Source of the DNA: a virus
DNA: 64,000 nt
IMG/VR virus record: IMGVR_UViG_3300046062_000024
Strand: one strand, 5' to 3'
Positions 9,288-16,275 of this stretch are shown here, piece after piece. Every line of letters starts with the position of its first letter. The first letter of the stretch is position 1. The position numbers and the translations under genes are program-made. A model generated the notes under the pieces. The model saw nothing but the letters and a program-made list of their open reading frames with translations, was not told the origin of the DNA and made no database searches.

Positions 9288-9497
9288 TCAGCCCTGTTGT
9301 TTGTTGAGTTGGGCCTTCAGTTCGGACCACAGGGACACGTCGCCGTCCCCGGTTCCGAACTCGTCGGCCTTGACCTGTTCTTCCAGCAGCCGCCCGACTC
9401 GTTCGGCGTCCATCTCGGTCGGGACGAACAGCATCGCTTCCGGGTCGTCGGGGACTCTCAGTATGTCCGTCGAGGCGTTCGGGTTGTCCGATTCCAT
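9288..9497 (-). CDS. Cassette gene, hypothetical protein (69 aa)
   Basis: ATG 6 nt after the repeat. Confidence 0.75.
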   Translation of the reverse strand: MESDNPNASTDILRVPDDPEAMLFVPTEMDAERVGRLLEEQVKADEFGTGDGDVSLWSELKAQLNKQQG

Positions 9498-9542
9498 CGG
9501 TGGTCACGCCCCTCTCGGGGCCGAACGAGGCGGGCCGGGGCG

Positions 9543-10019
9543 TTAGCCCCACTCCTCGCTGTGTAGTTGTTGCTCGCAGCGGAGGCAGGTGACGCTCTCA
9601 CCGCCCGATATGTAGTGGTGGGCGCGGTACGTGTAGACGCCGCGCTCGCCGCCACACTCGGGACACTCCTCGGGGACGCCCGAGAGGTCGGCCTCGAAAA
9701 GTGGGAACGCCACCGTGTAGCGACCCACGTGGTCGTCGCTCCGTTTCGCGCCGTGCTGTGGGTCGCCGCGGGTGACTGAGAAGTCCCGTACCTCGCGCGT
9801 CTCGACCGTCCACTCGCTGTCGTGGACGTGTTTCAGGACGTGGAGGTCGCCGGTCCCCGGCGTGCCCGGGATGTCGTGGTTTGCGACCGTCTCCAGCGCC
9901 GCCTCGATGCGGCTGGTCGAGGGACCGCGGCGTTGGCGGCCTCGGTCCCGTCGCGCTCGCTGGTGGTCGGTTCGGTCGAGTCGTGCCCGTCGTCGGGCTT
10001 CGGGGTAGGGGTCAGTCAT
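9543..10019 (-). CDS. Cassette gene, Arg-rich N-terminus and C-terminal zinc ribbon (158 aa)
   Basis: ATG 7 nt after a variant repeat; CPECG...CLRCE; the N-terminus may be frameshifted. Confidence 0.7.
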   Translation of the reverse strand: MTDPYPEARRRARLDRTDHQRARRDRGRQRRGPSTSRIEAALETVANHDIPGTPGTGDLHVLKHVHDSEWTVETREVRDFSVTRGDPQHGAKRSDDHVGRYTVAFPLFEADLSGVPEECPECGGERGVYTYRAHHYISGGESVTCLRCEQQLHSEEWG

Positions 10020-10063
10020 ACCGGGGTCTCGCCCCTCTCGGGGCCGAACGCGGGATGGGTGGG

Positions 10064-10300
10064 TTAGTAGTACCAGCCCATCTTGTCGCATATCTCGCGG
10101 GCGAGTTCCACTTCGCTCTCGTTGCGGGCGTCCACGTACTCGGTGCCGGCCAGCGCCACGATGCCCGGTTTGAGTACCTGCCGGAACACCTCGCGCTGGA
10201 GATAGTTGTGTTCGCTGTTGATGCCGGCTTGGAACTCGGCTATCTCGATACCGCTGTTCACGCTGTCGCCGATTGCGTCGGCGAGGTCGGCTGCGTCCAT
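10064..10300 (-). CDS. Cassette gene, hypothetical protein (78 aa)
   Basis: ATG 6 nt after the repeat. Confidence 0.75.
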   Translation of the reverse strand: MDAADLADAIGDSVNSGIEIAEFQAGINSEHNYLQREVFRQVLKPGIVALAGTEYVDARNESEVELAREICDKMGWYY

Positions 10301-10348
10301 CGGTGGTCACGCCCCTCTCGGGGCCGGCGGGGGCAGTCCCCGCGCTGG

Positions 10349-10591
10349 TTACTCGTGGACGACGACCCGGAGGCCGGACTCGACCATCTCGACGGCGGGG
10401 TCGGATGTATCCATCTCGTCCGGTACGTCGTACTCCTGGTCGGTCACGCGGACGGCCTCGACCTCGACGGCGAACGGGTCGCCCGGCCACTCGACTCCAT
10501 TGACGACGGCTTCGGCCGCCGTTTTGTGGTCGTCGGCCTCGGCCGCGCCGAGGACTTCGCCGCTTTCGACGTAGATGATGTACGTATCCAT
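10349..10591 (-). CDS. Cassette gene, hypothetical protein (80 aa)
   Basis: ATG 5 nt after a variant repeat. Confidence 0.75.
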   Translation of the reverse strand: MDTYIIYVESGEVLGAAEADDHKTAAEAVVNGVEWPGDPFAVEVEAVRVTDQEYDVPDEMDTSDPAVEMVESGLRVVVHE

Positions 10592-10636
10592 CGGTGCCAC
10601 GCCCCTCTCGGGGCCAAACCGGCTTGAAGCCGGTGG

Positions 10637-11167
10637 TTAGTCGTCCAGTCCCGCCACTACGTCGTCACGCGGTATCCACGACGTGGCCCCCGCTTCACCG
10701 TAGGGGGCGAAGTCCTCGGCCAGCATGATGCGGACCTCGGTGTCGTCGTCGTCCAACAGGTACGCCGCGGCGTGGCGACCCATATCGTTCGGGTCGCGTA
10801 CCTCCACGACCGGGTGGGGATGGCCGTGGGGGTAGTCATGCACCAGCAGGGTCGTGTTCAGGCGGTCCCCGCAGACATGGCAGGACGCGCCGGGGTAATC
10901 CCACTCGTCGTTCGCGGCGACGACCCCAACACCGAAGCCGTCGGGGTCGTGCCCGCCCGGCGGGAACTCCGTCAATGGGTACATCTCGCCGTCGCCCGCA
11001 GACTCGACGGACACATCCGGCGCGCACGATAGGCAGTACGCCGCGCCGTCGTAGATGTAGCCGGCCGCGCCGCCGGGCCACACGCCGCCAGGGAGTTCCC
11101 GGGCAGTCGGGGCGAGGTCGTCGTCGTCGGTCACGGACTCCGCACTCAGGTTTCCTATGACGCCCAT
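10637..11167 (-). CDS. Cassette gene, Cys-containing hypothetical protein (176 aa)
   Basis: ATG 7 nt after the repeat; CLSC...CHVCG. Confidence 0.8.
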   Translation of the reverse strand: MGVIGNLSAESVTDDDDLAPTARELPGGVWPGGAAGYIYDGAAYCLSCAPDVSVESAGDGEMYPLTEFPPGGHDPDGFGVGVVAANDEWDYPGASCHVCGDRLNTTLLVHDYPHGHPHPVVEVRDPNDMGRHAAAYLLDDDDTEVRIMLAEDFAPYGEAGATSWIPRDDVVAGLDD

Positions 11168-11209
11168 AGTCGAGTCACGCCCCTCTCGGGGCAGGACGCC
11201 GAGGGACCG

Positions 11210-11428
11210 TTATACACGGTCCGGGTCGCGGAGCAACACGTTCCGCTTCAGCGTGTGTCCGCACTCGGCGCATTTGATGTCGCCTTCTACCCACCCGCAG
11301 GGGTCCCGGCGTGTCGCGTGCGTCTCGGTCGGTGGGGGACACTCCCCACAGACGGGACACTCCGGCGGCACGGGCGGGCCGGGTGGGCGGTTCTCCCGTC
11401 TCGCGCCGCGTCGTCGTTCGCTGTGCAT
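11210..11428 (-). CDS. Cassette gene, Arg-rich N-terminus plus CPxCG zinc finger (72 aa)
   Basis: ATG 8 nt after the repeat; CPVCG...CAECG. Confidence 0.65.
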   Translation of the reverse strand: MHSERRRGARRENRPPGPPVPPECPVCGECPPPTETHATRRDPCGWVEGDIKCAECGHTLKRNVLLRDPDRV

Positions 11429-11490
11429 CGTCGGAGTCACGCCCCTCTCGGGGCTGACGGGAAGGCTGGATTGGGGCGCCGCCCCGGTGG

Positions 11491-11877
11491 TTACTGTCCG
11501 TACAACTCGAAGTCGAGGGTGTCGGCCTCGTATGGGGCGACGGCGGCCATGTAGCCGTGCGCGAAGTCCCGCGCCCGCGTCCGGTCGCCGGCGGGCGGCG
11601 CGGCGGCCTCGGGGCTGTCTTCCGCCAGCGGGCGGACGACCCCCATCAGGTCCGTCATGCCGTGTTCGGGGTACGCCAGGATGAACCAGTTGTCGTCGTG
11701 GGTTCGCCCGAGCAGGACTTGGTGGCCGTTGGCGAACAGGTAGGCCTCCTCGCCGTAGGCTTCGCCCTCGGCGGGGTCGAACCGGGTCCAGCCCGGTGGG
11801 AGTCGCTCGTCCGGCATACCCAGGGCCTCCTCGTTGTCGATGCCGTCGCGTAGGTCGGTTCCGTCGTACCCTGTCAT
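11491..11877 (-). CDS. Cassette gene, hypothetical protein (128 aa)
   Basis: ATG 7 nt after the repeat (MTGYDGTDL). Confidence 0.8.
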   Translation of the reverse strand: MTGYDGTDLRDGIDNEEALGMPDERLPPGWTRFDPAEGEAYGEEAYLFANGHQVLLGRTHDDNWFILAYPEHGMTDLMGVVRPLAEDSPEAAAPPAGDRTRARDFAHGYMAAVAPYEADTLDFELYGQ

Positions 11878-11923
11878 GGGTCGGTCACGCCCCTCTCGGG
11901 GCGATAAATCGGCGGCGGGGCGC

Positions 11924-12310
11924 CTATTCGTCGGACACCGGCGGGTACACCAGGGTGTTCGTCGCGCGCGGCGGCGTGACGAACTCGTCGTTCGACGGCT
12001 CAACCACGACGACGAGAACCGCGTCGTCGGGACTGATTACCTCGTTCTCCCCGTTGTCGGTGCCGAGCCACGAGGGGTGGTCGTCCATTATCTCGACGCC
12101 GCCGTCGTCGCAGATTTGGTACATCCGCGGTACCGCCTCGTAGGCGGGGTAGCCGTCCGCTTGGCCGATACGGTTAACCACGGTACCGTCCACGTCCACG
12201 GACCGGGAGACTGTCCCGACTATCAGGAGGAGCGGACCCCTACAGTCGCCGCGCTTACGGCCCGCTCGGTCCATCAAGTCGGCCAGTCCGGTTACTGTCG
12301 TGTCCGTCAT
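11924..12310 (-). CDS. Cassette gene, hypothetical protein (128 aa)
   Basis: ATG 3 nt after a variant repeat. Confidence 0.75.
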   Translation of the reverse strand: MTDTTVTGLADLMDRAGRKRGDCRGPLLLIVGTVSRSVDVDGTVVNRIGQADGYPAYEAVPRMYQICDDGGVEIMDDHPSWLGTDNGENEVISPDDAVLVVVVEPSNDEFVTPPRATNTLVYPPVSDE

Positions 12311-12352
12311 GGGTCACGTCCCCTCTCGGGGCAGGGCGACCGCTTACGGCGG

Positions 12353-12829
12353 TCAGTCGATTGGCGAGAGGGGCCGCAGGCTTTCCTCGCCGGCGTAGGG
12401 GCCGACATAGACGACTCGGTGGCCGTACTCGCCCGCGCCGGTGGTGAGTCGCTGCATGGCCGCGACCATCGGGTGGTCGTCGCGGAGGCCGTCGATGGCG
12501 TACAGCCGCAGGTCGTTGTTCGGCCGCCATTGGACGGCGGCGTGCAGCGGCTCGCACTCGACCCACTCGTCGGTGTGCGGCGGCTCGATGCAGACCCGCG
12601 TTGTCTTGTTACAGCGGGAGGTCGAGGGCGAAACCTCCCACCGGCGGCCGTCGGCCGTCTCGGCGTACACGCCGGAGACGTGGCGGTCGTCGGCGTCGGG
12701 GTCGTAGCGGTTCCGGCCGGCGGCGAGTTCGCGCTCCTCGCTGGTCCAGTCGCCGTCGTCGCGCGCGGGAACGAGCGCGCCCTCGTTCGTGGACTGGACG
12801 CCGGTCGCGTCTGCTGTTGCTCGGGTCAC
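12353..12829 (-). CDS. Cassette gene, hypothetical protein (158 aa)
   Basis: GTG 6 nt after the repeat. Confidence 0.75.
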   Translation of the reverse strand: MTRATADATGVQSTNEGALVPARDDGDWTSEERELAAGRNRYDPDADDRHVSGVYAETADGRRWEVSPSTSRCNKTTRVCIEPPHTDEWVECEPLHAAVQWRPNNDLRLYAIDGLRDDHPMVAAMQRLTTGAGEYGHRVVYVGPYAGEESLRPLSPID

Positions 12830-12873
12830 AGTTAGTCACGCCCCTCTCGGGGCCGGGCGACCGCTTACGGCGG

Positions 12874-13416
12874 TCAGTCGTCGTTCGTGGCGTCGTCCGG
12901 CAGGTCGCGCTCGGACACGTTCTGGACCTCGCTCGGTTCCACGCCGTAGCCGGAGGCGTGCGACCAGTATCCCTCAACGTCGCTCTCACCGACCTCGAAC
13001 GTCTCATGTCGGACGTTCCGATAGTGGGTGAGGTCGGCGACGTAGTAGGTCGCGCGGTCGAGGAACGGCGGGGCGGCGGGCAGGTGATGCTCGTCACCGA
13101 GGGACCGGAGTATGGCCTTCACGTTGTCGGTGAAGTCCGTCCACGGGTCGCTCGGGTCCGTCCACACGTCCGCGGGGCGGAACCTGTACCGTTCGACGAG
13201 GTGCTTCGGTTCCGACCACGCGGCCGGGGGCGTCACCTCCACGACGCGCCAGTCGGTTCCCGTCCACTTGATGTATTCGCCCCCGTGTTCGATGGGGTTC
13301 ACGTCCCAGTAGTTCACCCACCGCTCCGGCGGGTCGAACGCCGGACTGTCGGTGGGCGCGTGCTTGGGCCGCTCCTGATACCGGGTTTCGAGGGTTGTGT
13401 CGAGTTGGCCGGTCAT
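12874..13416 (-). CDS. Cassette gene, hypothetical protein (180 aa)
   Basis: ATG 7 nt after the repeat. Confidence 0.8.
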   Translation of the reverse strand: MTGQLDTTLETRYQERPKHAPTDSPAFDPPERWVNYWDVNPIEHGGEYIKWTGTDWRVVEVTPPAAWSEPKHLVERYRFRPADVWTDPSDPWTDFTDNVKAILRSLGDEHHLPAAPPFLDRATYYVADLTHYRNVRHETFEVGESDVEGYWSHASGYGVEPSEVQNVSERDLPDDATNDD

Positions 13417-13466
13417 CGGTCGGTCACGCCCCTCTCGGGGCCGGCGCGGGCGCTTCGCCCGCGCGG

Positions 13467-13793
13467 TCAGTCGTCGTCGCGGAGGCCGAGTTCGCTGAGG
13501 CGCTCCCGCAACGCCTGATGTTGGTCTACGGTCATGCCGGCGTCGAACTGACTCATGTCGTCGTTCGAGAGGTACACCACCCAGGACAGGATGGATTGGA
13601 CGATTGGGTCGTTCGGGCCGGCCACGTCGCTCCAGTAGTCGGCGGTGGCGATGAGGAGCCGGCGGTTCGTCGGCGGGTGGCGTCGGGCCATAGCCGCAGC
13701 CACGTCCGCGAACTTCTCGCGGACCTCGGCCACGTCGTCGCCGGCGAGTTGCCCTATCGGTTCCGCGAGGTCGATGGTGGGGTTGGCGCTCAT
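13467..13793 (-). CDS. Cassette gene, hypothetical protein (108 aa)
   Basis: ATG 8 nt after the repeat (MSANPT). Confidence 0.75.
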   Translation of the reverse strand: MSANPTIDLAEPIGQLAGDDVAEVREKFADVAAAMARRHPPTNRRLLIATADYWSDVAGPNDPIVQSILSWVVYLSNDDMSQFDAGMTVDQHQALRERLSELGLRDDD

Positions 13794-13842
13794 GGCCGGA
13801 GTCACGCCCCTCTCGGGGCCGGAGCCGGCAGCCGGCGGCTGG

Positions 13843-14016
13843 CTACCGGGTCGTGTTGCCGTGCGGCGGGTTGCGGTGCATGACCGGCTCCGGGTTTCCG
13901 GGGGCCAGCCGCGCCGCCTGTAGGTCCTCGCACCGCGGGCACAGTTCGGGGCCGGGTGGTCGGGGGTCGTTACACCGTCTGCACGCGAGGGAGTCCTCGT
14001 AGTCGTTGGCGCTCAT
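13843..14016 (-). CDS. Cassette gene, small zinc-finger protein (57 aa)
   Basis: ATG 8 nt after the repeat (MSANDY); CRRC...CPRC. Confidence 0.65.
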   Translation of the reverse strand: MSANDYEDSLACRRCNDPRPPGPELCPRCEDLQAARLAPGNPEPVMHRNPPHGNTTR

Positions 14017-14065
14017 GGCCGGAGTCACGCCCCTCTCGGGGCCGAGACGCGGGAGTCGAGACGGG

Positions 14066-14458
14066 TTAGACCGTGACGGTCATGCCGTCCGTGAACTCCC
14101 GCTCGCCGCTCGGCGTCTCCAGGTACCACTCGTAATCCTCCTGGTACACCTCGTACCCGTCGGGCAGGTAGCGGTTGATGCGGTCCTTTGTCGTTTGGGT
14201 CCGGTAGCCGTGGCTGTCAAGCCGGCGCGTGCGTCCCTCCGTAACGACCACCGGCGACTGGTGGTAGAAGTGGACGAGTGCGCCGTCGTACCGGACTTTC
14301 ACGTCGCGGTACGCGCCTTTGTCGGTCGTGCGGGCACACGTACAGCCCTTAACCGCGGGGCCGTTGTTACCGGGCTGGTGGTAGCCGGACCGCTCTTGTA
14401 CGGTTCCCTCGTCGGTCGCAGTCCCGAAACTCGGGACGGGTAGACTGTCGGCGCTCAT
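14066..14458 (-). CDS. Cassette gene, phage-type hypothetical protein (130 aa)
   Basis: ATG 8 nt after the repeat (MSADSL); YHQSPVV..GYRTQTTKDRIN motif recalled from phage hypotheticals (unverified). Confidence 0.8.
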   Translation of the reverse strand: MSADSLPVPSFGTATDEGTVQERSGYHQPGNNGPAVKGCTCARTTDKGAYRDVKVRYDGALVHFYHQSPVVVTEGRTRRLDSHGYRTQTTKDRINRYLPDGYEVYQEDYEWYLETPSGEREFTDGMTVTV

Positions 14459-14508
14459 GGCCGGAGTCACGCCCCTCTCGGGGCCGGCGGGGGCGGCCCC
14501 CGCGCTGG

Positions 14509-14769
14509 TCAGGGCAGGTACTTCAGGGGGTCCTCGTCGGACTCCCGCATGACGCCCTTCATGTGTTCGGCTTCCAGTTCCTCGACGGACTTGAACCGCG
14601 ACACCGACACGTCGCCGGCTTTGTCGCCCCACTCGCAGGTGGGGCAGCCGTCGCCCGACTGGAACTTCTCCGCCGGGTCGTCCGGCTGGTCGTCCCACTC
14701 GGCCACGTCGTGTCGGAGCGCGTACAGCGAGTACGGTTCGCCGCACTTCGCGCAGGGTATGTCGTTCAT
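14509..14769 (-). CDS. First (promoter-proximal) cassette gene, zinc-finger protein (86 aa)
   Basis: ATG 7 nt after the repeat; CAKCGEP...GCPTC. Confidence 0.8.
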   Translation of the reverse strand: MNDIPCAKCGEPYSLYALRHDVAEWDDQPDDPAEKFQSGDGCPTCEWGDKAGDVSVSRFKSVEELEAEHMKGVMRESDEDPLKYLP

Positions 14770-15949
14770 CGGCGGGTCACGCCCCTCTCGGGGCCGAAAG
14801 CCGCGATGCGAGTGTGGGTGTGTTCGCTAGTTGCCCACGGCGGCCCTCTCGGGCCGGTGCGCGTGGCTATGGTGGCTCTTGTGTCCCCGTGCAGCGGGCG
14901 TCTGTATCCACGGTGCTGTTTACTCTCGGGTACGTCTATCTGGTGATGGCTGGTGCCTTCTATGGCCGGTGGCGGCGGCGGCTTGTCGCCGTCGTGCCTG
15001 CCGGGTCGGGCTATGCCGACCGAGGCCGCGGCCGTCATACGCGCGCTCGCGTCGGGTCGCGTGCCATAGCCGTGAGATTCCTCGCGCCCCGGCGCTATGC
15101 CGGGGTCGCGTGCCCTAATAGCCCCTTCCAGGGACTCCGAAAACCACTCGTCGGCTGGTAGGCCGTGCGGCCGAACTGACCGGCGACCGCGCCGGGTCCG
15201 GGGTACTCCCGCGCCCCACCGCGCCCGCGCCGCTCGCGGGTGCGTGTGTTGGTCGGACTCGCGGGGATACTACTGGCCCCCACCGCCCTGTCGGCTCGGG
15301 AGTCTCACCCTTAATCGGGGCGCGGGGCCGGGCCGCCGTATCCGGCGGGGCGTCGTATTGTCGTACCCTGACGCCTCGGGTCGCGGGGCCGTTCCCCGGG
15401 GAGTCTCCCGGTTATCAATTGAGTGGGTTTTGGTTTCCCGTACCCACCGGGAGACTCGCACGCCCGCCGTTCGGGGCCTTAGACCGCCCCCGTTGCAGGG
15501 GACAGGATTGGACCCGTCCGGCGACGCACACACCGACCGCGCGACTTCTCGCCCGCGGCCCCGTCGCCCGCACACCTATCCGCGGCCACCGCCGCGTGTG
15601 CTATGGGCCGGAGCGTCTCGCGTGGGTGGGTAATCACCCCGGGCGAGCGTAGCCGGTGCCATGACGCGCGGGGGGTCGCCCCCGCGCCGTATGCTATTTC
15701 CGGGTTTACAGTTAAGTCTCCCCGTCGCAACCGGGGGTAGGCGGTGGTGCCGGAACCGTAGGGGCCTCACACGCCCCATTCCCGCGGCCCTACGGGGCCA
15801 CGGAGGGGGGCGCTTGAACGGCCGCCGCCGTCCGACGCCACCGGCCAACCGCAGGCCGGCACCGCGCCGGGTGGGCCGTGCCGGGATACCCCCGCGCCGG
15901 GAACCCGCCCCACGTCAGGGGGGATACCCCCATGTTGGGCCGCGGGGAG

Positions 15950-15957
15950 TATAAAAG
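15950..15957 (+). promoter_or_regulatory. Archaeal TATA box (TATAAAAG)
   Basis: Best TATA consensus in a very GC-rich intergenic region; purine-rich GGGGAG directly upstream; predicted TSS about 15979-15980. Confidence 0.6.
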
Positions 15958-15978
15958 TTTCGGTTCGCAAATTCCGGC

Positions 15979-16170
15979 GGTTCACGCCCCTCAGACACCC
16001 GAAAACGGCGCTTTGCGTCGTGGAAACATGATTCCACGACACGGCCCGCGTGCGGGGCGGTATCGGCCGATTCTGGCGGATATAGCCGCGATAACTCGTG
16101 ATTCCATCATGGCATACCCCCGAACAGCACCGCGCCACGACGGACGACCTAGCCGGTTCAGGCCGCGTGT
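15979..16170 (+). ncRNA. Candidate structured small RNA or long leader with a 5' end antisense to the array element
   Basis: TCACGCCCCTC at 15982-15992, about 30 nt after the TATA box; perfect 9-bp hairpin GTCGTGGAA/TTCCACGAC at 16017-16040 and further short stems; 3' end unknown. Confidence 0.35.
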
Positions 16171-16275
16171 GCCCCGATGATAGATAAACCCGGACGGAAC
16201 AGGCCGCCACCGGCCGAATCAGGACACCCCCCGGCGGGGGGACTAAGGCCACGGAGGCCCACGCTATTATCCATC

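Larger units (their letters stand above)
248..14794 (-). repeat. Array of 32 direct repeats of an 18-bp element (plus strand TCACGCCCCTCTCGGGGC, minus strand GCCCCGAGAGGGGCGTGA), each 3-8 nt upstream of a minus-strand start codon
   Basis: Plus-strand starts read at 248, 801, 1584, 2044, 2548, 2955, 3726, 4307, 4785, 5335, 6140, 6480, 7475, 7943, 8261, 8614, 8804, 9251, 9504, 10027, 10307, 10597, 11175, 11437, 11885, 12314, 12836, 13424, 13802, 14025, 14467, 14777. The copies at 248, 7943, 10027, 10597 and 12314 carry 1-2 nt changes; the rest are exact. I saw no full copy beyond 14794. Confidence 0.97.

Noticed and set aside
2548-14069. Track starts placed at the GTG inside the repeat (for example 2551, 6143, 7478, 8264, 13805)
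   Set aside because: In frame only when the spacer is 5 or 8 nt. The downstream ATG/GTG sits at consistent SD distance in all copies.
468-14443. Long plus-strand ORFs across the array (for example 468..1355, 5364..6662, 11834..12835)
   Set aside because: Shadow frames of GC-rich minus-strand genes: Ser/Arg/Val-rich, non-acidic, and they cross the repeats.
248-14794. CRISPR array
   Set aside because: The palindromic repeat is only 18 bp, the intervening segments are about 170-980 bp and contain genes, and there is no cas gene in the window.
248-14794. Canonical integron attC sites
   Set aside because: No RYYYAAC/GTTRRRY cores or L boxes, and the repeat is nearly invariant. Only the overall layout is integron-like.
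15097-16252. Arg/Pro-rich ORFs in the intergenic control region
   Set aside because: Composition reflects extreme GC rather than halophile coding bias; no SD or promoter support.
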